Positions 21,969 to 30,172 of a DNA stretch of 42,841 nt are shown piece by piece. Numbering within the stretch: position 1 is the first letter of the stretch; each line of letters begins with the position of its first letter. The notes under the pieces were generated by a model. It did not search any database and was not told the DNA's origin. It worked only from the letters and a program-made list of their open reading frames with translations. Source of the stretch: a virus; IMG/VR virus record IMGVR_UViG_3300045988_007281. One strand, 5' to 3'. The translations under genes were made by a program, and so were the position numbers.

Positions 21969-22000
21969 GCGTAGAGATCAACTCTACGCTCTTCTTCATC
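21969..22000 (+). terminator. terminator-like hairpin abutting late box 1
   Basis: GCGTAGAG-ATCAA-CTCTACGC, then TCTTCTTC. Confidence 0.45.
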
Positions 22001-22035
22001 GGCACCGCAGCGTTCTGCGGAAACCTCCTCCTCCT

Positions 22036-22093
22036 GTTCTCGTGTTCTCCGGTGTGAATAAATATATTTATTCACACACGGAGACACGAGAAC
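22036..22093. repeat. 58-bp near-perfect inverted repeat (perfect 24-bp palindrome core at 22053-22076)
   Basis: TGTGAATAAATA|TATTTATTCACA core. The arms extend to about 28 bp each, with two single-nt bulges. Confidence 0.85.
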
Positions 22094-22142
22094 GAAAGAA
22101 TGAGGTGGCTGGCCGGTGATCGGGCTTGATGGGGAGGACAAC

Positions 22143-23336
22143 ATGGAGGTAAAAAACAGAAAGCTTTCCAGCATTACTGCATACGGGAAAAATGCGAAAA
22201 AGCATGACAAGACGCAAATCAACAACGTTGCGGAGAGCATCAAGCAGTACGGTTTTGTGCAGCCGATTGTGATTGACCGTGACGGCGTGATCGTAATCGG
22301 GCATTGCCGCGCTTTGGCGGCAAAGAAGCTGGGTATGGAAGAAGTGCCTTGCGTCTGCGTGGACGATCTGACACCGGAGCAGGTGAACGCCCTGCGGCTG
22401 GTGGATAACAAGAGCAACGAGAGCGATTGGGACTTTGACCTGTTGGCTGATGAACTGCCCGGTCTCGACCTGTCGGCGTTTGACTTTGAATGGGGTCTGC
22501 GTGATGAACTGAACGATTCCGTTGTCGAGGATGATTATGAACCTGTCATTCCGGCGGAGCCGAAGAGCAAGCTTGGCGATGTGTACCAGCTTGGAGACCA
22601 CCGCCTTATGTGCGGAGACAGTACATCTCTGACTGATGTACAAAAGCTTGTGGGGGGGGCACAAATCGATTTGCTCCTTACCGACCCTCCGTACAATGTG
22701 GACTATCAGGGCACCGCCGGTAAAATCAAGAACGATAACATGGAAGATGCAGCCTTTAGGCAGTTCCTGACGGATGCATTCTCCAATGCGACGATGGTTA
22801 TGAAACCCGGCGCTCCGTTTTACATTTGGCATGCAGACAGTGAAGGGTATAACTTCCGTGGCGCGTGTAAAGATTCAATGCTGCGCGTCCGGCAGTGCCT
22901 GATTTGGGTAAAGAATTCCCTCGTAATGGGGAGACAGGATTTCCAGTGGAAACATGAGCCTTGCCTGTACGGTGAAAGCGAAATTGAAGAGGACGCGCAT
23001 GAGCCTTGCCTTTACGGATGGACGGAAGGCAAGAAGCACTACTTCTTCAAGAACCGCAGGCAGACAACTGTTCTGAATTTCGATAAGCCTGTCAAATCTG
23101 CGGAGCATCCGACCATGAAGCCGATTAAACTGTTCGACTACCAGATGCAGTGCTCCAGTAAGCCGGGAGAGAACGTGCTCGATCTGTTCGCTGGCTCCGG
23201 CACAACGATCATGGCAGCGGAGCAGAATGGCAGACACGCTTTCTGCATGGAGTACGATCCGAAGTATGCCGATGTCATTGTTGACCGGTGGGAGAAGTTT
23301 ACGGGGAAGAAAGCGGTGTTGCTGAATGACGATTGA
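22143..23336 (+). CDS. ParB-like N-terminal domain fused to an N6A/N4C DNA methyltransferase (beta class)
   Basis: GGGGAGG upstream of ATG 22143. ParB-type IVIDRDGVIVIGHCRALAAKKLG. MTase motifs TDPPY (IV) and DLFAGSGTT (I). Confidence 0.8.
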   Translation: MEVKNRKLSSITAYGKNAKKHDKTQINNVAESIKQYGFVQPIVIDRDGVIVIGHCRALAAKKLGMEEVPCVCVDDLTPEQVNALRLVDNKSNESDWDFDLLADELPGLDLSAFDFEWGLRDELNDSVVEDDYEPVIPAEPKSKLGDVYQLGDHRLMCGDSTSLTDVQKLVGGAQIDLLLTDPPYNVDYQGTAGKIKNDNMEDAAFRQFLTDAFSNATMVMKPGAPFYIWHADSEGYNFRGACKDSMLRVRQCLIWVKNSLVMGRQDFQWKHEPCLYGESEIEEDAHEPCLYGWTEGKKHYFFKNRRQTTVLNFDKPVKSAEHPTMKPIKLFDYQMQCSSKPGENVLDLFAGSGTTIMAAEQNGRHAFCMEYDPKYADVIVDRWEKFTGKKAVLLNDD

Positions 23337-23431
23337 AGAAGCACGGGCGATTATAGCCAAAACCAGCAGCCCGTATTTGAAGCGGGACATGGAGAAGTTT
23401 ATCAAACGCCAGCAGAGAAAGGAGGGCGCGT

Positions 23432-23770
23432 ATGGCAAGGCCAAGAAAGGAAATAGATCAAAAACAGTTTGAGAACTTATGCGGCCTGCAATGCACGCTT
23501 GAGGAAATCTGCGGTTGGTTTGGTGTGACTGATAAAACACTGGATAGTTGGTGTAAACGCACCTATCATGCCAGTTTTTCCGAGGTATTTAAGCAAAAGC
23601 GAGGAGCGGGGAAAATTTCACTGCGCCGGAGCCAGTGGCGGCTTGCGGAAAAGAACGCGAGCATGGCTATTTGGCTCGGGAAGCAATACTTAGAGCAGCG
23701 TGATGAGCCAGAAGAATCGATTGACGTGGAGGATACGGACGCTTATCTGAAAGAAGCGGGTATCGAATGA
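23432..23770 (+). CDS. terS: terminase small subunit
   Basis: AAAGGAGG upstream. N-terminal HTH-like FENLCGLQCTLEEICGWFGVTDKTLDSW. Directly precedes terL, with overlap. Confidence 0.75.
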   Translation: MARPRKEIDQKQFENLCGLQCTLEEICGWFGVTDKTLDSWCKRTYHASFSEVFKQKRGAGKISLRRSQWRLAEKNASMAIWLGKQYLEQRDEPEESIDVEDTDAYLKEAGIE

Positions 23771-25035
23771 AAAGTTCGACAATCCACCCAGCGTTCGGGG
23801 ATAAGCATAAGGAATATATTAGAAATGCAACGCGCTGCATTATTTCTGTTGCAGAAGGTGCTGTTCGAGCGGGAAAAACCATCGACAATATAGCCGCCTT
23901 TGCAACGATGATAAACAAAGGCACGCCTGATAGAATCCATTTGGCGACCGGCTCCACAGCGGCGAACGCTAAGCTGAACATTGGAGACGCGAACGGATTC
24001 GGGCTTGAATATCTATTTCGCGGTCGGTGCAGATGGACGAAGTATAAGGGAAACGAGGCTCTTGTAATTAAATCCTGTGGGCGGGATTATGTAGTTATTT
24101 TTGCGGGCGGAGCGAAAGCGGACAGCTTTAAAAAAATACGCGGCAACTCATACGGAATGTGGATTGCAACCGAGATCAACCTTCACCATGAGGATACGAT
24201 CAAGGAGGCGTTCAATCGACAGCTTGCCGCAAAACTTCGACGTGTTTTTTGGGATTTAAACCCTTCGTCGCCTGGACACTGGATTTACCAGAATTACATA
24301 GACCGATTCCCGGAACAATTTGGAGCGCGGTATAATTACCGGCACTTTACTATCCGAGACAATGCAACGATTACAGCCCAAAGGCTTGCGGAAATCGAAA
24401 GCCAGTATGATATAAAAAGCATCTGGTATCGACGGGATATCCTTGGTGAGCGCTGCATTGCGGAAGGGCTTGTGTATCCGATGTTTGGCGATTCCTGCAT
24501 CGTGCAGGACATACCGGACACCGGCGATTATTACATTTCCATTGACTACGGCACGCACAATCCGTTTTCGGCTGGCTTGTGGTGCGTGACGAAAACGGAA
24601 GCGGTGCGAATCGGAGAGTATTATTACTGCGGGCGAGAAGAACGGAAAGAAAAAACGCCGGAAGAGTATTATTCAGAGGTCAAGCGCCTCGCAGGCGGGA
24701 GGGATATAAAATGCCTAATTGTAGACCCGTCGGCGGACGCTTTTATTGCCACCGTAAAGAAGCACCATGAGTTCAAAGTTCGTGGGGCTGTGAATGATGT
24801 ATTGCCCGGCATACAGACAACGGCTGAGATGATTGCGTCTGGGAAGCTCAAAATCCATGAGAGCTGCGAGGACGCCATCCGCGAATTCGGGCTTTACAGG
24901 TGGGACGAAAAAGCAGAATCTGACCGCGTCGTGAAGGAAAACGACCACACTATGGACGAAATCAGGTACATGGTGATGACGGCCTTGAAAAAACACTTCA
25001 AAGAACACAGATTTGTGCCGGAGCTGGCGCGGTGA
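23767..25035 (+). CDS. terL: terminase large subunit (PBSX/headful-type)
   Basis: Walker A-like AEGAVRAGKT. 422 aa. Followed by the portal gene. Confidence 0.85.
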   Translation: MKSSTIHPAFGDKHKEYIRNATRCIISVAEGAVRAGKTIDNIAAFATMINKGTPDRIHLATGSTAANAKLNIGDANGFGLEYLFRGRCRWTKYKGNEALVIKSCGRDYVVIFAGGAKADSFKKIRGNSYGMWIATEINLHHEDTIKEAFNRQLAAKLRRVFWDLNPSSPGHWIYQNYIDRFPEQFGARYNYRHFTIRDNATITAQRLAEIESQYDIKSIWYRRDILGERCIAEGLVYPMFGDSCIVQDIPDTGDYYISIDYGTHNPFSAGLWCVTKTEAVRIGEYYYCGREERKEKTPEEYYSEVKRLAGGRDIKCLIVDPSADAFIATVKKHHEFKVRGAVNDVLPGIQTTAEMIASGKLKIHESCEDAIREFGLYRWDEKAESDRVVKENDHTMDEIRYMVMTALKKHFKEHRFVPELAR

Positions 25036-25043
25036 GGTAAAAG

Positions 25044-26390
25044 ATGAAAACATATCAGGATTTTTTAGAGGTTGCCGAGAAATCGGATCGGGACAGAATG
25101 GAATTTGTTCTGGCGGCGATCAACGATCATAAAAACTCGGATCTGTACCAGCAGGCAAAGATTGCGCGGGAATACGACGAGCACCGAAATGTTACCATCA
25201 TTACCGTGCAGAAGCTGCTTTATACGCTATCCGGGAAGGCCATCCCGGACAACTATAGCGCAAATTACAAGCTCCGCAGCGCATTCTTTCCGATTTTCAT
25301 GCGGCAGGAAACACAGTATCTGCTCAGCAACGGCGTGATACTGAAAAACGCCGAGAACAAGAAGCGGCTCGGCAAAAAATTTGACAATCAGATTCAGGAA
25401 TTGGCGCGCTCGGCGCTCGTCGGCGGCGTGGCCTATGGCTTCTGGAACCTCGATCATCTGGAAGTGTTCACGGCCCTGGAATTTGTGCCGCTGCTGGATG
25501 AGGAAAACGGATCGCTTCGCGCCGGTATTCGGTTCTGGCAGGTGGCTGCGAACAAGCCGCTGCGGGCGACACTGTACGAGCCGGACGGATTCACACAATT
25601 CATCCGCAGGAGCGGGAAAGAGATGGAGATTTTAGCACCGAAACGCGGCTATATCTCCGTCGAAGCCTCGTCTGAGGTGGACGGAACAGAAATCTTGGAG
25701 TATCAGAATTACCCCGGATTCCCGATCATCCCCATGTACGGCAATCGCGCCCGGCAGTCCGAGCTTGTTGGCCAACGCGAGGCAATCGACTGCTATGATC
25801 TGATCAAATCCGGTTTCGCGGATACCGTAGATGACGCATCGATTATCTACTGGACGATCTCCAACGCAGGCGGCATGGACGAAATCGATATGGCGCGGTT
25901 CAAGGAAACCATGCGGCGGATCGGCGTCGGCCTTGTGGACGATGACGGCGCAAAGGCGGAGGCCCACACGCTTACGATTCCAGTCGAGGCGCGGGAAGCG
26001 CTGCTGAGCAGACTCAGCGACGATCTTTACAGGGACTTTCAGATGCTGGACACCACGAAAATACAGGGCGGGCAAAAGACGGCGACCGAGATCACGGCGG
26101 CATACCAGCAGATGGACAACAAGGTTGACGAATTCGAATACTGCGTCGGTGATTTCCTGTATCAGCTTTTTGCACTGAACGGCATTGACGATGAGCCGAC
26201 ATTTACGCGCTCGAAGATCGTGAACCAGCTGGAGCAGACGCAGATGGTGCTGATGGCTGCGCAGTACCTTGACGACGAAACGATTCTGAGCAAGCTGCCG
26301 TGGCTTACGCAGGAGGAAATCGCAAACATTTTGAAGAGGAAAAGCGCGGAAGAATTAGAGCGATATTCCACGAAAGATATGGAGGAATAG
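25044..26390 (+). CDS. portal protein
   Basis: 448 aa, immediately after terL. SPP1-like size and position. Confidence 0.8.
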   Translation: MKTYQDFLEVAEKSDRDRMEFVLAAINDHKNSDLYQQAKIAREYDEHRNVTIITVQKLLYTLSGKAIPDNYSANYKLRSAFFPIFMRQETQYLLSNGVILKNAENKKRLGKKFDNQIQELARSALVGGVAYGFWNLDHLEVFTALEFVPLLDEENGSLRAGIRFWQVAANKPLRATLYEPDGFTQFIRRSGKEMEILAPKRGYISVEASSEVDGTEILEYQNYPGFPIIPMYGNRARQSELVGQREAIDCYDLIKSGFADTVDDASIIYWTISNAGGMDEIDMARFKETMRRIGVGLVDDDGAKAEAHTLTIPVEAREALLSRLSDDLYRDFQMLDTTKIQGGQKTATEITAAYQQMDNKVDEFEYCVGDFLYQLFALNGIDDEPTFTRSKIVNQLEQTQMVLMAAQYLDDETILSKLPWLTQEEIANILKRKSAEELERYSTKDMEE

Positions 26391-26394
26391 ACGT

Positions 26395-26700
26395 ATGAGC
26401 AGCATGGTACAGGGTGATGCGTACAGCCTCGATGTTACGATCAAAAACAACGGTTCCCCCATCAATATTTCGGATGTCAGGACGGTTGAGTTCACTTTAT
26501 TCAATTTCAAAAAAAATTATCCGGGGGACGCGGAATACTCGGACGGAAAGTTCCACATTCCCCTCACCCAGCAGGAGACCTTTCGGCTCCCGAAGATCTG
26601 TCAGATGCAGGTGCGCGTGAAATTCAAGAGCGGTGACGTGATTGGCTCGGAGATCAAGCAGATCGACGTTGCGCACGCGCTTTCAAAGGCGGTGTTGTGA
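26395..26700 (+). CDS. small beta-sandwich-like structural protein (101 aa)
   Basis: GGAGG upstream. Alternating beta pattern QGDAYSLDVTIKNNG..VEFTLFNF..QMQVRVKF. Confidence 0.55.
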   Translation: MSSMVQGDAYSLDVTIKNNGSPINISDVRTVEFTLFNFKKNYPGDAEYSDGKFHIPLTQQETFRLPKICQMQVRVKFKSGDVIGSEIKQIDVAHALSKAVL

Positions 26701-26948
26701 TGGGCGGCATTGAATTTGGACTCAAGAACCGCGACCCGATCGACGTTTCCTTTAACGTTTCCGTGCGTGCTGGCGGCGGCTCCGGCGGAGGATACAACAT
26801 CGGCCCCGGCCTGAAGCTGGACGCGGAAACGAATACGCTCTCCGTTGATACGGCGGAGATCGTGGAGAAGGACAACACCAAGCCCGTAACCTCCGCCGCC
26901 GTGTTTGCGGAGGTAGGCAACATCAACGCGCTGCTCGCGACGATTTAA
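26700..26948 (+). CDS. small fibre-like protein (82 aa)
   Basis: TGATG overlap. Gly run, then GLKLDAETNTLSVD..NTKPVTSAAVFAEVGNINALL. Confidence 0.5.
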   Translation: MGGIEFGLKNRDPIDVSFNVSVRAGGGSGGGYNIGPGLKLDAETNTLSVDTAEIVEKDNTKPVTSAAVFAEVGNINALLATI

Positions 26949-26960
26949 GGAGAGGATTTT

Positions 26961-27842
26961 ATGAGCACACAGACTGAAATTACAAGATTACAGACCGCGC
27001 GGAACAAGCTGCGCACATGGCTCGTCGGCCTCGGCCTCGCCGCGAGCACGGACAAACTCGACGCGCTGACCGACAAGGCCGCCGCTATCAAGAATAACGG
27101 CGCGGTCGACGCGCAGGTCAAGGAGGGCGAGTCCTACACCGTACCGAAGGGCTACCACGACGGCACCGGCACGGTCAAGGGCGTCGGAGGCGGCGGCAAC
27201 TACCAGCTGCAAGCCAAGACCGTCACGCCGACGAAGGAGCAGCAGGCCGTCACGCCCGATCAGGGCTATTACGGCCTGTCCGGCGTGACCGTCGGCGCGA
27301 TTCCGGAAAACTATCAGGACGTGTCCGCCACGACCGCCGCGCCCGCTGACGTGCTGGCGAATAAAGTCTTTATCGATGCAGACGGCGTAACGCAGGCTGG
27401 CACCATGCCGGACAACGGCGCGGTCGAAAAGGTCCTGGACGCGACGGCCGGCAATCAGGAATACACCGTCCCGGCGGGCAAGCACTCCGGCGCGGGCAAG
27501 GTATCCGTCGTGCTGGAAACCAAGTCCGCCACGCCTGCCGAGACCGCGCAGGACATTACGCCCACAAAGGGCAAAGTCCTCGGCAAGGTCAAGGTCGGCG
27601 CGATTCCGGACAAATACAAGGACGTTTCCGGCGTGACTGCCGGAGCCGCCGACGTGCTGGACGGCAAGTTTATCGTGCTGGCAGACGGCAGCAAAGTCGA
27701 GGGCACGATGGCAAACAACGGCGCGATTGCAAAGACCATCGACGGCCTCACGCAGACCAGCGTAGACATCCCCGCAGGCTATACCTCCGGCGGCACAGTC
27801 AGCCTGACGGACGACATCGAAAACGCCCTCGCCGCGATCTAA
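26961..27842 (+). CDS. repeat-containing fibre-like protein (293 aa)
   Basis: AAGGAGAGG upstream. N-terminal TEITRLQTARNKL helix. Three internal repeats of the type TMPDNGA..YTVPAGKHSG.G.V / TPTKxQ.ITP..GAIPxxYxDVS..TAxxADVL. Confidence 0.6.
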   Translation: MSTQTEITRLQTARNKLRTWLVGLGLAASTDKLDALTDKAAAIKNNGAVDAQVKEGESYTVPKGYHDGTGTVKGVGGGGNYQLQAKTVTPTKEQQAVTPDQGYYGLSGVTVGAIPENYQDVSATTAAPADVLANKVFIDADGVTQAGTMPDNGAVEKVLDATAGNQEYTVPAGKHSGAGKVSVVLETKSATPAETAQDITPTKGKVLGKVKVGAIPDKYKDVSGVTAGAADVLDGKFIVLADGSKVEGTMANNGAIAKTIDGLTQTSVDIPAGYTSGGTVSLTDDIENALAAI

Positions 27843-27855
27843 AGGAGGAACAGAC

Positions 27856-28998
27856 ATGAGCGTACAGACCGAGATCGACCGCATTATCACGGCAGTCGGC
27901 GCGGCGTATGACGCAGTGGAGGCCAAAGGCGGCACAGCCCCTGCGGCACAGACCATCGAAGGGCTTGCCGCAGTAATCGGTACGATTCAGACCGGAATCG
28001 CTCTGCGGCTGATCGTAACAGTATCTGCCGGTGCGACGGTCACGGCGACGAACGGCTCAAAAACGATCAGAGGAACATCTGGCAGCACCGGCGTTTGCAC
28101 GCTTACCGTACCGGAAGCCGGAACATGGAGCGTATCTGCTACGCTGGACGGGAAAACATCTGACACAAAAGCCGTAACTATTACGGACAGTTACGCGGTG
28201 TCGCTTAATTTTGTATATCCGACACTGAATAAAAATACTTGGGAAACAATAAAAGATATATCCGACGCGGGACAGGGCGCGAACTATTGGAGCGTCGGTG
28301 ACCGAAAGGCTGTAACGCTAAACGGCACGGTTGGACATCTTACACTATCTAATTACACAACATATGCGTTCATTATTGGATTTAACCATAACGCGAGCCT
28401 AGAAGGGGAAAACCGTATCCATTTCCAACTTGCAAAGACCGCGCTCTCCGGCGGTACGGACGTGTGTTTCTGCGATAGTTACTATACCTCGCCCGTTTCG
28501 ACAACCGGCTATTTCTCTATGAACAGTAGTGCAACGAACTCCGGCGGATGGGCGAGCTCGCAAATGCGTACAAATATTTGCGGGACAAGCCTCTTGAGCT
28601 ATTCCGGAACGATTATCGCAGTCATTCCGGCGGCGCTCCGTGCAGTCCTAAAGTCCGTTACCAAGTACACGGACAATACGGGAAATAATAGCACATCCGC
28701 GAGTGCGGTCACGGCGACAAAGGATTACTTTTTCCTCCTCTCGGAGTTTGAGGTTTTCGGGAGCATTTCGAGAGCAAACTCGAACGAGGCGAGTAAGCAA
28801 GCGCAGTACGCCTATTATTCCGCTGGAAACAGCAAGGTAAAGTACAAGCACAACGGAACGAGCACCGCCGCTCGTTGGTGGCTCCGTTCTCCGCTTGCGA
28901 GCAGCTCCGACGGTTTCGAGAATGTGAACACCAACGGGACAGTCGAAGACCGCACCGCGCGCGCTTCCTTCGGCTTCGCGCCCGGCTTTTGCGTATGA
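27856..28998 (+). CDS. fibre-like protein with a DUF6273-like C-terminal domain (WWLRSP motif)
   Basis: AAAGGAGG upstream. N-terminal TEIDRIITAVGAAYDAV helix, paralogous to the 26961 gene. C-terminal ..ARWWLRSPLASSSDGFENVNTNG. The C-terminal part looks AT-richer by eye. Confidence 0.6.
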   Translation: MSVQTEIDRIITAVGAAYDAVEAKGGTAPAAQTIEGLAAVIGTIQTGIALRLIVTVSAGATVTATNGSKTIRGTSGSTGVCTLTVPEAGTWSVSATLDGKTSDTKAVTITDSYAVSLNFVYPTLNKNTWETIKDISDAGQGANYWSVGDRKAVTLNGTVGHLTLSNYTTYAFIIGFNHNASLEGENRIHFQLAKTALSGGTDVCFCDSYYTSPVSTTGYFSMNSSATNSGGWASSQMRTNICGTSLLSYSGTIIAVIPAALRAVLKSVTKYTDNTGNNSTSASAVTATKDYFFLLSEFEVFGSISRANSNEASKQAQYAYYSAGNSKVKYKHNGTSTAARWWLRSPLASSSDGFENVNTNGTVEDRTARASFGFAPGFCV

Positions 28999-29009
28999 GG
29001 GAAAAGCGC

Positions 29010-29381
29010 ATGGAGTATATCGTGTATAAGCGGTTCCGTGGACATGGCATCGATGGAGAATTTAATCTCCGATACGGAACTGTGGTATCGGAGATCGAAG
29101 GATTCCTATTCGCAAAGGGTGGTAGGCGGATATGCGCTGTAACATCCGAAAACGGATGGGGGCATTTCAGGCCGAACACACCAGAGGGCGCGATGCGGCA
29201 GAAAATGCTGAATGATCTGTACCGATGGTATGAAAAAAACGGCTGCGGTGAAGACTTTACGGATGAAAAATGGCCGGGGCAGGAAAACGGCTACTGGAAA
29301 AATCGACTGCGTACCGCAAGCACAGAGCGATTAGAGAAAATTTATCAAGAGAAATTTGGAGGGATACCATGTATGCAGTAA
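29010..29381 (+). CDS. hypothetical protein (123 aa)
   Basis: GAGGGA 7 nt upstream of the internal ATG. Confidence 0.5.
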   Translation: MEYIVYKRFRGHGIDGEFNLRYGTVVSEIEGFLFAKGGRRICAVTSENGWGHFRPNTPEGAMRQKMLNDLYRWYEKNGCGEDFTDEKWPGQENGYWKNRLRTASTERLEKIYQEKFGGIPCMQ

Positions 29382-29680
29382 AACAAGACGGCGCATTTGC
29401 AGGTTATGCGGACAGTATTGTGCCCATCCGACTGCACGGCAACGGTTGTTATGTCCCGTGCAAGGAAGATCAGGCAGAAGGATTTTGCGCGAAGATGGCT
29501 GTGATTATTACAGATAGAGAAGGAACTGAACATCAGGTGCTTTCTGATAGGGTGTTTCATCTCGCCGGTTACACGTTGAAAGGTACGGAACCGGAGGGCA
29601 GCTATGAGGAAATGGGTGCGGCACTGCCACTCACAGATGCAGAGAACGCGGCGAAAATTTTACTTGGGGAGGCGGAATAA
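29369..29680 (+). CDS. hypothetical protein (103 aa)
   Basis: GGAGGG 5 nt upstream. Overlaps the upstream gene by 13 nt. Confidence 0.5.
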   Translation: MYAVKQDGAFAGYADSIVPIRLHGNGCYVPCKEDQAEGFCAKMAVIITDREGTEHQVLSDRVFHLAGYTLKGTEPEGSYEEMGAALPLTDAENAAKILLGEAE

Positions 29681-29681
29681 C

Positions 29682-30101
29682 ATGAGCACCTACACCGAGC
29701 GGGCGCGGGCGCTGCGCCCCTATATCGTCAAAAGCGCCGCCAGTCTCACTGACGCCGACGCGAGTCTCGCGCCGGAGCTTTTCACCCGCCTGACCGGCTC
29801 CGGCAGCCTCGTCAAATCCGGCACGCGCATCAACTGGGGCGGCACCATCAAGCGCGCCGCCTCCGACCTCTGGGACACGGCCCAGAACACCCCGGACGCC
29901 GCCCCGGCCCTCTGGGAAGACATCGCCTACAAGCAGGGCTTCCGCATCATCCCCGAGACCATCACCGCCGGCCTTGCATTCTCCAAAGGCGAAAAAGGCT
30001 GGTGGCAGGACGAGCTCTACGAATCCCTGCTCGCCGCCAACGTCTGGAACCCATCCGTTAACCCGGACGGGTGGAAGAAGATCACGGAAGAAGGTACATA
30101 G
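29682..30101 (+). CDS. hypothetical protein (139 aa) of a type usually found between tail fibres and the lysis cassette
   Basis: Internal ATG 29682, 1 nt after the upstream stop. ..DAAPALWEDIAYKQGFRIIPE..WWQDELYESL.. Confidence 0.5.
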   Translation: MSTYTERARALRPYIVKSAASLTDADASLAPELFTRLTGSGSLVKSGTRINWGGTIKRAASDLWDTAQNTPDAAPALWEDIAYKQGFRIIPETITAGLAFSKGEKGWWQDELYESLLAANVWNPSVNPDGWKKITEEGT

Positions 30102-30103
30102 CC

Positions 30104-30172
30104 ATGGACACCAAGGCAATCATCGTCACCCTCGTCTGCGCCGTGCTCGGCAAGGCGGATAGAAGCGTATGA
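30104..30172 (+). pseudogene. 22-codon truncated copy of the N-terminus of the 42236 lysis-cassette gene
   Basis: MDTKAIIVTLVCAVLGKADRSV versus MDTKTIIVTLACAALGSSALT.. DNA homology of about 60 nt includes the AAGGTACA upstream. Confidence 0.5.

Noticed and set aside
23326-23472. 48-codon ORF (MTIEEARAIIAKTSSPYLKRDMEKFIKRQQRKEG..) bridging the MTase and terS.
   Set aside because: No recognisable SD, and its 3' end overlaps the terS start out of frame. A real small gene ending earlier cannot be excluded.
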